Part shown: one piece after another, positions 1 through 8,502 of the stretch | How positions within the stretch are numbered: position 1 is the first letter of the stretch | Layout of the letters: every line of letters starts with the position of its first letter | IMG/VR virus record: IMGVR_UViG_3300031965_000003 | Span: 69,350 to 95,009 of that record | Reading direction: 5' to 3' (one strand) | Length of the DNA: 25,660 bases | Origin: a virus | The notes under the pieces: model-generated | The model's database searches: none | What the model saw: the letters and a program-made list of their open reading frames with translations, nothing else | What the model was told of the DNA's origin: nothing | Position numbers and translations under genes: made by a program

Positions 1-510
1 AGATTGATAACCGTGTAAAGAGGTACCGGCAGCTTTGAAATAACTACCAACCGACTCGTGATACCGTCTGATCATGCTCACGCCCACCGACTCACGCACG
101 GTGTAGGGTAACTCGTCCACGGCTAGATCACGGTTCTTGCGCCATACCCCCATCAGGTACTGCTCCGTCTCGGTGGCGAACTGCGGGCCGGTGTCTATCC
201 TCAACGACCGCACGAACTCGGCTGACAGGCTGTTACCCTGCTCGTTGATGAGCCGTAAGAGGGAGTCGCGGGTCTGCTTGATGATCTCGCGCAGCCGCAG
301 GTCAAAGACCACAGCGTCCTCATCGAGGATCTTCTTGATGGCGGCAAAGTTGACGCGCTTCTCGGCTGGACGGAGAGGGCGTTGCTGGTAGGAGTGATTG
401 TCATGGCGATACTTCTTCGCCAACAATCGCTGCATGCCTTCAAGCCACGCTTGTGATTCAGCATTCAGTTCTTCTGAGAATTCTTGCTCGACTTCTTCCA
501 AGGTGGCCAT
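1..510 (-). CDS. N-terminal 170 aa of a probable head morphogenesis (Mu gpF/SPP1 gp7-like) protein; runs off the left edge
   Basis: Not in the ORF track. Manual translation from ATG at 510 (TAATG overlap with the upstream gene) is open to base 1: MATLEEVEQEFSEELNAESQAWLEGMQRLLAKKYRHDNHSYQQRPLRPAEKRVNFAAIKKILDEDAVVFDLRLREIIKQ... The product is inferred from position after the portal and a helical, charged N-terminus; the diagnostic MuF domain would lie outside the window. Confidence 0.55.
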   Translation of the reverse strand, partial: MATLEEVEQEFSEELNAESQAWLEGMQRLLAKKYRHDNHSYQQRPLRPAEKRVNFAAIKKILDEDAVVFDLRLREIIKQTRDSLLRLINEQGNSLSAEFVRSLRIDTGPQFATETEQYLMGVWRKNRDLAVDELPYTVRESVGVSMIRRYHESVGSYFKAAGTSLHGYQS

Positions 511-1250
511 TAAAACTTCACCGTCCCAACGTAACCTTTAGTCGCTACGTCTGATCTCCACCGAATAACCGGGTGGGTGCCGTCGAATACATGAATGTCA
601 GCTCGGCGCGTATCCGGGTTAATCACCATTGTCATAGTCTTAAGCTTTATCGGATGGCCCACTTCCTTCGATAGTTGCCGCACCAATTCATGCTTGCGCT
701 TGACGATCATTGCCTCTTTCTTTTTGTTCCACGCCAGCTTTGCAGTTGATGACGCTGTCTTAAGCCACGCCGCTTCCTTAACACTCGGTTGCCCTTTGGT
801 AAGCCGCCACTTTTGTGCATCTGGTCGATTACTCACCAAGCCTGCCTTGATCTCGAATAGCTCATGGTCATGAACAAGGTCCACCGGCAAGTTGTTCCTG
901 CCCTTAAACTCGTACTTCTGAGCGTCCCCATAACCGCGTGATTGTAAATACCCAACCGCTATCTGTTCACCCATCTCACCCGTTTTAAGTTTTGACCATC
1001 GCTCTTTAGTCTGTAGTGATTGCCCAGCAAATGCCCGACCATTTTTGGTATCGATAACTACACCACCATCAGCACCATGCCTTCCATGCTTCAATTGGTT
1101 ATGACCGCCAGGTTCATGGTATCCCCGCACCTCGCAATACTTGTCAAATAGCTTCAACCCTATGCTATCAGGTGTAAGGTCTAACTGACCGCGCCACGGA
1201 GGGAGAGTCTGAAAGAAAGATTTACCGAGATGTTTAAAATCGGCTTCCAT
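510..1250 (-). CDS. PD-(D/E)xK restriction-endonuclease-fold protein with His-rich N-terminal peptide
   Basis: GEMGEQIAVGYLQSRGY (motif I helix), PVDL (motif II), FEIKAG (ExK, motif III); leader contains HEPGGHNQLKHGRH. Confidence 0.7.
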   Translation of the reverse strand: MEADFKHLGKSFFQTLPPWRGQLDLTPDSIGLKLFDKYCEVRGYHEPGGHNQLKHGRHGADGGVVIDTKNGRAFAGQSLQTKERWSKLKTGEMGEQIAVGYLQSRGYGDAQKYEFKGRNNLPVDLVHDHELFEIKAGLVSNRPDAQKWRLTKGQPSVKEAAWLKTASSTAKLAWNKKKEAMIVKRKHELVRQLSKEVGHPIKLKTMTMVINPDTRRADIHVFDGTHPVIRWRSDVATKGYVGTVKF

Positions 1251-1298
1251 GATTATTGTACCCAGTCTTTTATTAATGCATCCGCCTTGATGACCGTA

Positions 1299-1655
1299 TC
1301 ATTCATTCGACAAATGATACGCTGCAAACTCCCAGCTATGCTTTAACCCGCTAGCTTCACGCGTAGCCGTCTCCCTATCGATACCGCTACGCTCTAGGTA
1401 TACCGCAAACTCTTTCCGCCTCAACTCCAGTTCTTCTGGCAGAAAGTCAAACCCCATCAGTGCCAGCCGGTAGCCGTCGCCGTTAGAGACGTAGGCGGTA
1501 ACAAAATCACGGCCGTGCTGTTTCTTAACTGCTTTGTGGCTCCTTACCTTTACCCGCTGCGTGTTTAGCTGCCTCAACTGAGCCAGCTTGATCAGCTTGT
1601 CAAGAAAGTCAGGCCGCAGTATGATGCTAGTCGGTACTGCCGCTGTTGTTGCCAT
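1299..1655 (-). CDS. Hypothetical protein
   Basis: 118-aa ORF co-oriented with its neighbours; no recognisable motif. Confidence 0.6.
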   Translation of the reverse strand: MATTAAVPTSIILRPDFLDKLIKLAQLRQLNTQRVKVRSHKAVKKQHGRDFVTAYVSNGDGYRLALMGFDFLPEELELRRKEFAVYLERSGIDRETATREASGLKHSWEFAAYHLSNE

Positions 1656-2121
1656 GCTTCACCTTGTCGAACTGCTTAGCCAGCTGCTCTTCCCGAATGC
1701 GGCGGATTAACTTGTTCATAGCGCCCACATCCACGGAATTATTTCTTGGCATGTGTTTTAACTCGAGGCCCAGCCTACGATAGTGAGTAGCTTTACTCGC
1801 AACGGTACCAGGCACAAGACCTAACCTACGAGCTACCTCTTCCCGACTGTTCGATTCTTCCCATGCCCTCACAAATGTCTCAACCCGGCGCCATCGGTCA
1901 TCAAGATAGTCACTGACTGTCTTTTTCTTAGGGCTCAACCTCCCCCCTGCGTTCGGGTTTGTGATGCCAGGCGGCCTGCCAGGCCTGCGCTTGACTGAGT
2001 GATCTGATTCTTCTGGAACGACTGCAAATTCATTTACAGGCAACTCATAAGTGGCCGCTAGCTCATCCCCGTCCTTCAACGACGGCACCTCGGATAGACC
2101 CACCTTATAGATCATGGTCAT
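1627..2121 (-). CDS. Putative DNA-binding protein (AT-hook-like motif plus helix-turn-helix)
   Basis: KRRPGRPP motif; SREEVARRLGLVPGTVASKATHYRRLG resembles an HTH; ATGA overlap with the upstream gene. Confidence 0.6.
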   Translation of the reverse strand: MTMIYKVGLSEVPSLKDGDELAATYELPVNEFAVVPEESDHSVKRRPGRPPGITNPNAGGRLSPKKKTVSDYLDDRWRRVETFVRAWEESNSREEVARRLGLVPGTVASKATHYRRLGLELKHMPRNNSVDVGAMNKLIRRIREEQLAKQFDKVKHGNNSGSTD

Positions 2122-2381
2122 CGGATCGCCCTCATGTCTTTGTTATCCATTACGATCAAGCTTCGTTTACTGTAAGGGTTGCACTTATCGCTACCCGAGA
2201 CGTTATAGAGAAGCTCCTGCAGCTTCAACGCCGTGACACTCAGCGTCGTGGCTACATGGGAGTCAATCTCTAACATCTTGTCAACGTCCTGGCTAAGCAA
2301 GGCCAGCGTGTGCTTCATGTGCCAAAGCATGCGCATCTGGCCAACGCTTAAGTTATAGCTGCGCTTTATCGATCTAGCCAC
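2118..2381 (-). CDS. Hypothetical protein (~87 aa; start revised to GTG at 2381)
   Basis: The track start at 2567 overlaps the zinc-finger gene. GTG at 2381 follows GGTGAG and overlaps the upstream stop. Confidence 0.5.
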   Translation of the reverse strand: MARSIKRSYNLSVGQMRMLWHMKHTLALLSQDVDKMLEIDSHVATTLSVTALKLQELLYNVSGSDKCNPYSKRSLIVMDNKDMRAIR

Positions 2382-2652
2382 ACTCACCGCCCAATCTACA
2401 GACATGGTCGGCAACAAAGCCGCGCCACTCGATCCCGCATCTCGGGCACTTGCGCCAATCCAGGTCCGGCTCATAGGGCTTGCTCTTACGCGCATAGCGC
2501 AAGGCGTCCTTCTGCCTACTCTCGCACTCGGGACACACATACCACGTATCCGCCGTTTGCTTGCCACACTTCCGGCACCACGAGGGATCGTATCGCCTGT
2601 CTAGCTCGGCTTTTAACTCATGGATTGAGCATTGTGATAGGTTGCTCATCAT
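2374..2652 (-). CDS. Small Cys-rich zinc-ribbon protein
   Basis: CRKC, CPEC, CPRC and HVC motifs; GGAGG just upstream of ATG at 2652. Confidence 0.65.
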   Translation of the reverse strand: MMSNLSQCSIHELKAELDRRYDPSWCRKCGKQTADTWYVCPECESRQKDALRYARKSKPYEPDLDWRKCPRCGIEWRGFVADHVCRLGGECG

Positions 2653-2779
2653 GGCCTCCAACCCAAGACTACGTTCAACAGTTGCTCGCCAACAAATGCT
2701 TGCCGCCGCTTTTAATGAACGTCTCTAAACCTTGAAAACGATGATAGCTGTCGGGCTGCATCGTGATCATCTAACGCCT

Positions 2780-3391
2780 TTACGGTAGCACTGGAGTAGC
2801 TGTCAACCCACTCGGAGCAGCCGGAGCAGCGATAGCCGTGAACGATGCCGTGACGCTCTTAGCCGCGTCCATCGTCACCGTGCATGTCAACCCCGTACCA
2901 GAGCACGCCCCACCCCAGCCAGCAAAGAACGATCCCGCAGCAGCCGCCGCCGTTAGCGTGACGGTTGACTTGCCTGCGAGCTTGACTGAGCACGTAGTGC
3001 CACAACTGATGCCAACAGGACTAGATGACACCGCGCCCGATCCGTTACCGATCAAGCTCACCGCCAAGACCGCCGGGGTAGTAGCACAAGCCGTGTTAGA
3101 ATAACCGCTAAAACCACCAGCGTTGAACGCTCTGATCCGATAGCAGTAGGTGGTCGCCTGCGGTAAATTATTGTCTGTAAACACCACCAGGTTAGCCCCT
3201 ACCAAGCTAAAGATCTCAGCAAACGGTCCCGCCGATGCCGTGCCGCGCTCAATCTTTGTACCGTCTTCGTTAGCCGCGTTATCCTGCCAGCTAAGCTTCA
3301 GCTGTTCGCTCTGCGCGTAGGCCATGCCTCCGCATGCAAGCATGACCACCGCCAATAAGATAACCTGTCCAACTCTTTTCACACCTGCCAT
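2780..3391 (-). CDS. Secreted protein: fibronectin type III domain plus divergent InlB B-repeat-like domain
   Basis: Signal peptide ending AYA; LSWQDN...YCYRIRAFNAGGFSGYSN (FN3); GSGAVSSSPVGISCGTTC...VTLTA...FAGWGGACSG...CTVTMDAAKSVTASF (bacterial repeat); AGGAGG RBS. Confidence 0.85.
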   Translation of the reverse strand: MAGVKRVGQVILLAVVMLACGGMAYAQSEQLKLSWQDNAANEDGTKIERGTASAGPFAEIFSLVGANLVVFTDNNLPQATTYCYRIRAFNAGGFSGYSNTACATTPAVLAVSLIGNGSGAVSSSPVGISCGTTCSVKLAGKSTVTLTAAAAAGSFFAGWGGACSGTGLTCTVTMDAAKSVTASFTAIAAPAAPSGLTATPVLP

Positions 3392-3403
3392 ATACGCATC
3401 CTC

Positions 3404-3730
3404 CTATGGTGCCACTGCGCACGCCGCGTTGCTGGGTTGACTTGACCCACCAGCTCCTTCTGCCACTACCTGATAACAGTACTCTCTACCCGGCCTCACC
3501 TCGTCGTCTAAATATGCCGTGACGTTGGCCTCCACCGACATCACCGCGTACCAGTGCGGGTTGCCCTTGGCCTGCTTCCGCCAGATGATCTGCCAAGTCT
3601 CATCGGCTGCGTTATCCTGCCACTTAAGCAAGATGCCACCTGGCGATGTTGGCTGCCCAGCGCACGGCTGAGATGGCCACGCTAGAACCATAACCACCAT
3701 CGTTATCATCACTGATCTATTAAGACGCAT
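3404..3730 (-). CDS. Small secreted single-FN3-domain protein
   Basis: Hydrophobic N-terminus; LKWQDNAADE...YLDDEVRPGREYCYQVVAEGAGGSSQPSN. Confidence 0.8.
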   Translation of the reverse strand: MRLNRSVMITMVVMVLAWPSQPCAGQPTSPGGILLKWQDNAADETWQIIWRKQAKGNPHWYAVMSVEANVTAYLDDEVRPGREYCYQVVAEGAGGSSQPSNAACAVAP

Positions 3731-3756
3731 AAGCCGTCATGCCTCCAAGGTTAATG

Positions 3757-5883
3757 CTACCTGTCATCCCGCAGCTCCTGGATGTAAGCGATCAACTCAG
3801 CCTCGTTGTCCGAGCTAAACTGCTGCTCGCCATTTTCCTCCACGTTGTCGAGCGAGGGCGCTTCGAGCGGTGCTCCTTGTTGGCCAGGCTGTAGACCGCC
3901 ACCGCCAAGACCTTCAGGCTCAGGAACCTCTACCAAGGTCTCCTCAGGCAACGGTTCAAAGCCAATCAGGTCCCGCAGCCTGTTCTCGTCGTCCGGGCCG
4001 ACCCTCAGCGCCCCACCGCCAAGCCCCATCAAGAACAGCTCAAACTGCTTCTGCTTGATCTCTTCAGTGACCTCTTTGAACGCGAACCGCGGGTACTGGC
4101 CGTGCTCGATGGTGTAGTTGAGGTCAAGCAGTGGCTTGATGAGCTGCTCGTTGATGACCGTCTCTAGATCCTTGCGCAGCTGGCCCAAGATCCACATGAA
4201 CACGTCGAACTCTTTGACCGCCCTGGCAAAGCTCCCCGTCTGCTGCTCAGCGCTTAACCCCAACAGCCCAGGCATCAGCACCGCCACCCTTAGGTACTGG
4301 TCACACAGGTTAAGAGCAGGCATGAAGGCTTCACCGGTGCCCGTGGACGGGTCACGAAAATCGATCTTGATGTTGTCTGGGATAAGGATGCCTGAGCGGC
4401 TCTGCAGATTGCGGATAAAGGCATTGACGGCATCGCGCTGCTCCTGGGTGATGGTTCCTGTGTAAGACGCCACCGCGATAGGCTCGCCATAGCGCTCTAT
4501 GGCCACCGGCATCAACCGAAAGAGCACGTCCTTACACCACCAGCTCTTATAGGCGGCCCGCAGGTCGCTCCGTCCATAAGGATTGTCACACTCTTTGTGG
4601 TACGAGTAGATGACAAACTTCGCGGCGGGCAACGGCTTGCCAAGCTGCAGGACGCCCTGCTCTTGCAGGTCACCGTCAATGGTCATCGCGAAGTCGATAT
4701 CCTCCTGCGGACGGGTCTTGATGTCCTTCAGCCCCCACTTGCCATTAAACGGACCATAATCGATAGCCCAAAACAACGTTTCTGACACCGAATTATGAAC
4801 GAAGACATGATTAGCGGCAAAATTATGGGTGCCTGGCACTTCCATATCGTAAACATCGAAATTACCACAGACCTCAACGCTAACAACCTTATGATTTTGA
4901 ATCGACACAAACCTACCCGTCGATTCATCTTTGACAGTATTCTCATCTTTATGATGAACCTGGTCATTACCGCTAATTTGTGCATCACTAAACTGTGATA
5001 TTACCCACGGAGCCCGCTTGCTCCAAACCGTTTTCCCATAACCATAACGTGTTTGAATATAAGACCTGTTATTGGAAATTTTATCAGAATAAGGAGCCAA
5101 CCTATCCCCTGGTGTTAAAGACCCGGCTTGACGATAACTTCCGTCTAGGAGCATAAACGGGTGCTCAGCCGTGCAAGTAATAGAGCCTCGTCTACGCTTA
5201 CCACCATTAGTAAACCACTCATAGTTTACTCTTACACACGGTGCGTTTTGTTTGGTACGCCATACCTTACTTGCGCGTGCTAGTTTTAACTCATCACCAA
5301 CCTTAGAAAATACCCACGGCTGTTGACCGACGAGATTTTTAATTGGAACATCTCCACTCGGAGTATGAATAAGAGTATCGCCGTGCAAACAGAAACCAAA
5401 CTCAAGAGCAGTCATGATGCCAAGGATCTTGCTGTCAAACGCCCCCGTCATCTCTTGAAGGTTGAACTCTACAAACTCCTTGTGCTCCTCAGCAGCCTCT
5501 TGAGCAGCCTCAACGTCCTCCCCGCTCTCATCGTTCGCATCTTCCTTGGGCAAGGCTGGCATCATGATCTCATAACCGGTAGACAGGACGGCATATTTCT
5601 TTGCCAGCAGGGCTGCCTTTATCTGCTCATCGGTTAGCATGGTGCGGTACATCTTGATGCCCTTCTTCTGCACCATGTCATCAGGGTTGTAAGGCAAGAT
5701 GTTGAAAAACTTGCTCCCAGCGAAAGCCGCTCCCGTGAAACCGAACAAGCTTCCTGCCGTGCTGACCGTGTTACGCAGCTCTTGAGGCAACGCCTTGGCA
5801 TAGTCCTTGACCTCGTCAGCTTGCCTGCTTGGACGGGCCAAGGCTGGCAGGAACGCTAGCAGCGTCTCTAGGATGGATGCCAT
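3757..5883 (-). CDS. Portal protein, Mu gp29/DUF935 family, intein-containing (about 508 aa after splicing)
   Basis: D..IKAAL..KK.AV, ALEFGF|SVSE, KFVIY...DNPYGRSDLRAAY..WW.K, ERYGEP, GSFARA, INEQLIKPLLDLNY motifs; lies downstream of TerL. Confidence 0.9.
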   Translation of the reverse strand: MASILETLLAFLPALARPSRQADEVKDYAKALPQELRNTVSTAGSLFGFTGAAFAGSKFFNILPYNPDDMVQKKGIKMYRTMLTDEQIKAALLAKKYAVLSTGYEIMMPALPKEDANDESGEDVEAAQEAAEEHKEFVEFNLQEMTGAFDSKILGIMTALEFGFCLHGDTLIHTPSGDVPIKNLVGQQPWVFSKVGDELKLARASKVWRTKQNAPCVRVNYEWFTNGGKRRRGSITCTAEHPFMLLDGSYRQAGSLTPGDRLAPYSDKISNNRSYIQTRYGYGKTVWSKRAPWVISQFSDAQISGNDQVHHKDENTVKDESTGRFVSIQNHKVVSVEVCGNFDVYDMEVPGTHNFAANHVFVHNSVSETLFWAIDYGPFNGKWGLKDIKTRPQEDIDFAMTIDGDLQEQGVLQLGKPLPAAKFVIYSYHKECDNPYGRSDLRAAYKSWWCKDVLFRLMPVAIERYGEPIAVASYTGTITQEQRDAVNAFIRNLQSRSGILIPDNIKIDFRDPSTGTGEAFMPALNLCDQYLRVAVLMPGLLGLSAEQQTGSFARAVKEFDVFMWILGQLRKDLETVINEQLIKPLLDLNYTIEHGQYPRFAFKEVTEEIKQKQFELFLMGLGGGALRVGPDDENRLRDLIGFEPLPEETLVEVPEPEGLGGGGLQPGQQGAPLEAPSLDNVEENGEQQFSSDNEAELIAYIQELRDDR
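4792..5391 (-). mobile_element. Intein (200 aa) in the portal gene with a degenerate HNH homing-endonuclease remnant
   Basis: Block A CLHGDTLIHT, block B ITCTAEHPFM, block F VYDMEVPGTHNFAAN, block G VFVHN followed by Ser+1; internal VHHKDEN. Confidence 0.93.
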
Positions 5884-5907
5884 CGTGTCAACTCGTCTCT
5901 CTGCCCT

Positions 5908-6159
5908 CTAATCGTTATCCCGCTCTTCAATTTCAAAAATATACACGGACGCGTCTCTAAGAGAAGCATGAGTAACAAGCGACTTGTCGCTATTTTCATA
6001 TTCCTCAACTTCAACTATCCGTGCGTTGTCTGGAATCCTTGCCAATGCCGCCTTTAACGCTCTTGCATCAGCATGAACACCAATAACAAGCGCATGTTGA
6101 GTGCGGGTTACTTTGATGGTCTGTCGCTGCTGATAGAAACCGTCGATGTAGCTATTCAT
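5908..6159 (-). CDS. Hypothetical protein between TerL and portal
   Basis: 83 aa; TAATG overlap with the TerL stop. Confidence 0.6.
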   Translation of the reverse strand: MNSYIDGFYQQRQTIKVTRTQHALVIGVHADARALKAALARIPDNARIVEVEEYENSDKSLVTHASLRDASVYIFEIEERDND

Positions 6160-7637
6160 TACCAGTCCGGCCTCGGCCGCTCATTGCCCAGCAGCATGAT
6201 CATCGAGGTATCGATAGGCTTCAACTCGGTCAACGAGTTAAAAGCGCCCGAGGTCGCCACCACTATGTCGTCATGACCGCCGCGAGGAAACACCTCGTGC
6301 TCGTCCAAGAAGTCTTTGTTCCACTCCCCGGCCACCATGAACACGTTGCCCGCCTCGGCCTGAGAAGCGAACCCGTTGGTCCGCAGCTCTTTTGGCCCCG
6401 TCACCTTGTCGCCACTAAAGTCATAACCAGCCAAGATCGCCGCGTAGTCTGAAATCACTCTCACCCCAGCGCTTCCCGGCTCTTGCTCGATCCTGATCGC
6501 TACGCTTGAACCGTCTACCGCTGCCGTTTGCTTGATCAGCTCCTCAACCCCCCTTGGCGTCAACCGGTCACGCCTTACGTCAACGACGTAATACTGGCCG
6601 TTCAACTCACCAACTAAGACCCCCACGGTCCAACTCGGGTCTTTGCCTGGTGCAGGCTCCGTGGCAGCCAGATCCCAGTAACGCGCGCACCGCAGCCCAA
6701 CCGGTGGCAGCCGTGCCAGCTTGAACCACTGGCGTTTAAACTTGCCAGACGCCTGCGCGTCCCAGTCGCCGTGCAGCAGCTGAGCAGCCTCTACCGGCCC
6801 CAAGTTACGAGACAGGTTGCTCTTATAGGTCTCACGGTCAAGGTAATGGTTGTCGTTGATGGTAGCCGGAACAAACACCCTGTTGCCCCTAGTCGTTGGA
6901 TCCACGTAACGGCCCTTGACCCACAGGCGGCCAGGTCCGTTGGGGTTACTAGCAGACCGAAACCTCAACGGTATCGGGTTATCAGCAGCTCGACGGAGGC
7001 GTGAGAACATAAAGGTGATATCAGCTTCCGAAAACATCGTGACCTCATCTACCCCTATAAAGTGGAAGTTAGCAGACTGGTACCTAAGCTTATCGTTCTC
7101 ATTTTCAAGATACCCAAACGTCAACCTGCTAGAAGAAGCGCCGGCAAAGGTAGCAAACTCAAACACCGTGCCCTCGTGACGCGTCACGCCAGGCAATCCG
7201 TACCACCAGCTGTTAGCGAGGTCCAGCAACGCACCGCTCATCTTCAACTCAGCAAAGGTGCGGCGAAGGACCAAACCGTTGTACCCAGGCACGTCAGCAA
7301 ACTGCGCGAACGCCATCAACAAGGCCAGGCTCTTCCCGCCGCCAGCTGCCCCGCCATAGTATGCATCCTCGCAGTCTAGCATCAAGAAGCGCCGCTGCTG
7401 CTCGGTAGGGTCTTTCAACGGCGGGTTGCCTCGTCCCTTGGCTATCACTTCTGTGATGTAGCGGCTAAGCCTTGGCTGCAACACGCCTTCTTTATCAACC
7501 ACACAGGTCGCTGGTACCAGCCGTAGCAGCGGCTCCAACAGCTTCTTACGAGCCTCCTGGGGTGTCTTAAACGCACTGCGCAGGCTACGCTGCACCGAAC
7601 CCCAATCAATAGCAGAGGCCGCAACTGCCTTGTTCAT
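6159..7637 (-). CDS. terL: Terminase large subunit
   Basis: Walker A YGGAAGGGKS, Walker B IGVDEVT, coupling motif SASNP, nuclease motifs YWDLA, IEQEPGSAG and FPRGGHDD. Confidence 0.95.
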   Translation of the reverse strand: MNKAVAASAIDWGSVQRSLRSAFKTPQEARKKLLEPLLRLVPATCVVDKEGVLQPRLSRYITEVIAKGRGNPPLKDPTEQQRRFLMLDCEDAYYGGAAGGGKSLALLMAFAQFADVPGYNGLVLRRTFAELKMSGALLDLANSWWYGLPGVTRHEGTVFEFATFAGASSSRLTFGYLENENDKLRYQSANFHFIGVDEVTMFSEADITFMFSRLRRAADNPIPLRFRSASNPNGPGRLWVKGRYVDPTTRGNRVFVPATINDNHYLDRETYKSNLSRNLGPVEAAQLLHGDWDAQASGKFKRQWFKLARLPPVGLRCARYWDLAATEPAPGKDPSWTVGVLVGELNGQYYVVDVRRDRLTPRGVEELIKQTAAVDGSSVAIRIEQEPGSAGVRVISDYAAILAGYDFSGDKVTGPKELRTNGFASQAEAGNVFMVAGEWNKDFLDEHEVFPRGGHDDIVVATSGAFNSLTELKPIDTSMIMLLGNERPRPDW

Positions 7638-8170
7638 GGCACCTCTCCCTGACCGCCGTCATCGTAGCCGTTGCTACCGTTCACGGTCAAAGCCCCGTTG
7701 CCACCGATCACCGATGCAGGCAACGATAACCTACCAGCCGCCATCAAGGCCCCCATCAGCTGCGTGATCCGTTCGTAAACGTTATCGGTCATCTCTTCCT
7801 GCCGCTGCTGAAAGGTAAAGTTCTGCTGAACCGGCTGCAAGATATCTGGACGCTCTATGTAGCCACGGTCCTTGGCCTGAGTCTTTAGGTAAAAGCAGAT
7901 GGCCCAACCCTCTCCAGCTCTTATCTGCTTGGCTAACGCCTCCTCAGCCGTGTCTGTCAAGAACTCCTTCGCCTCCTTGGCCACCTCAGCTATCTTAGGG
8001 TTCCTGTTCATGGCGTCATAGACGGCTTTTGGCGTGCATCCCAACCGTCTAGCGGCAGAATAGATCCTGCCTTCTGACGCCTTCAGCGCCTTTATGAACT
8101 TAACGTCCCCGTACCTAGCGCCGTACTTGTATTTCTTGCCCTTAAGGGCTGGTGGCTTTTTTTTAACCAT
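7634..8170 (-). CDS. terS: Terminase small subunit (HTH)
   Basis: N-terminal HTH (IYSAARRLGCTPKAVY), AICFYLKTQAKDRGY motif typical of TerS-like proteins; ATGA overlap with TerL. Confidence 0.85.
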   Translation of the reverse strand: MVKKKPPALKGKKYKYGARYGDVKFIKALKASEGRIYSAARRLGCTPKAVYDAMNRNPKIAEVAKEAKEFLTDTAEEALAKQIRAGEGWAICFYLKTQAKDRGYIERPDILQPVQQNFTFQQRQEEMTDNVYERITQLMGALMAAGRLSLPASVIGGNGALTVNGSNGYDDGGQGEVP

Positions 8171-8242
8171 CTAATTAAGCTTACCAGCCAAGCCCACTAT
8201 TGCTCTGACACGTTGATGGTCTTCCTTTTCCTTGATCGCTAC

Positions 8243-8386
8243 TCATCGCCGCCAATCTATGTCCGGCCCGTAGATAGGGATACGGTTCATTCTGGGTTGA
8301 TGCAGTACATGGTTTGGCGGAGGTGGAAATATCATCTGCTTGATCACCCAAGCATAAAACACAACAGCCAAGACTACCCAACCCAT
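8243..8386 (-). CDS. Small 47-aa peptide with hydrophobic N-terminus
   Basis: Manual translation MGWVVLAVVFYAWVIKQMIFPPPPNHVLHQPRMNRIPIYGPDIDWRR; purine-rich AGGACGGGTGAG upstream. Confidence 0.4.
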   Translation of the reverse strand: MGWVVLAVVFYAWVIKQMIFPPPPNHVLHQPRMNRIPIYGPDIDWRR

Positions 8387-8391
8387 AGCTC

Positions 8392-8492
8392 ACCCGTCCT
8401 ATGGCCCAAGTCTAGTAGCATTCCTAAGAACCACACCTTTCTTGCCTGCAATAGACATTAAACGCCAATCTTACTGGTACCACAGGACGGGC
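8392..8492 (-). ncRNA. Candidate structured RNA or cis-regulatory leader (~100 nt)
   Basis: Ends pair as a 14-bp helix GCCCGUCCUGUGGU/GCCAUAGGACGGGU with three G.U wobbles on the minus strand; nested helices GUCUA/UAGAC, GCA/UGC and AAGAA/UUCUU. Confidence 0.5.
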
Positions 8493-8502
8493 TGCCCTCA
8501 CT

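Noticed and set aside
1251-1298. Sigma70-type promoter (TACAAT at 1255-1260, minus strand) for a leaderless nuclease mRNA
   Set aside because: No convincing -35 or extended -10, and only 4 nt from the ATG; too weak to call.
6240-6300. TerL HDDIVVA instead of HDDQVDA as a sign of nuclease inactivation
   Set aside because: The DD pair is intact and that downstream position varies among functional terminases.
8392-8492. tRNA, SRP RNA, cobalamin riboswitch or intrinsic terminator
   Set aside because: No T-loop or CCA end, no SRP GNRA-capped helix 8 motif, no B12 box and no U-tract; kept only as an unclassified structure.
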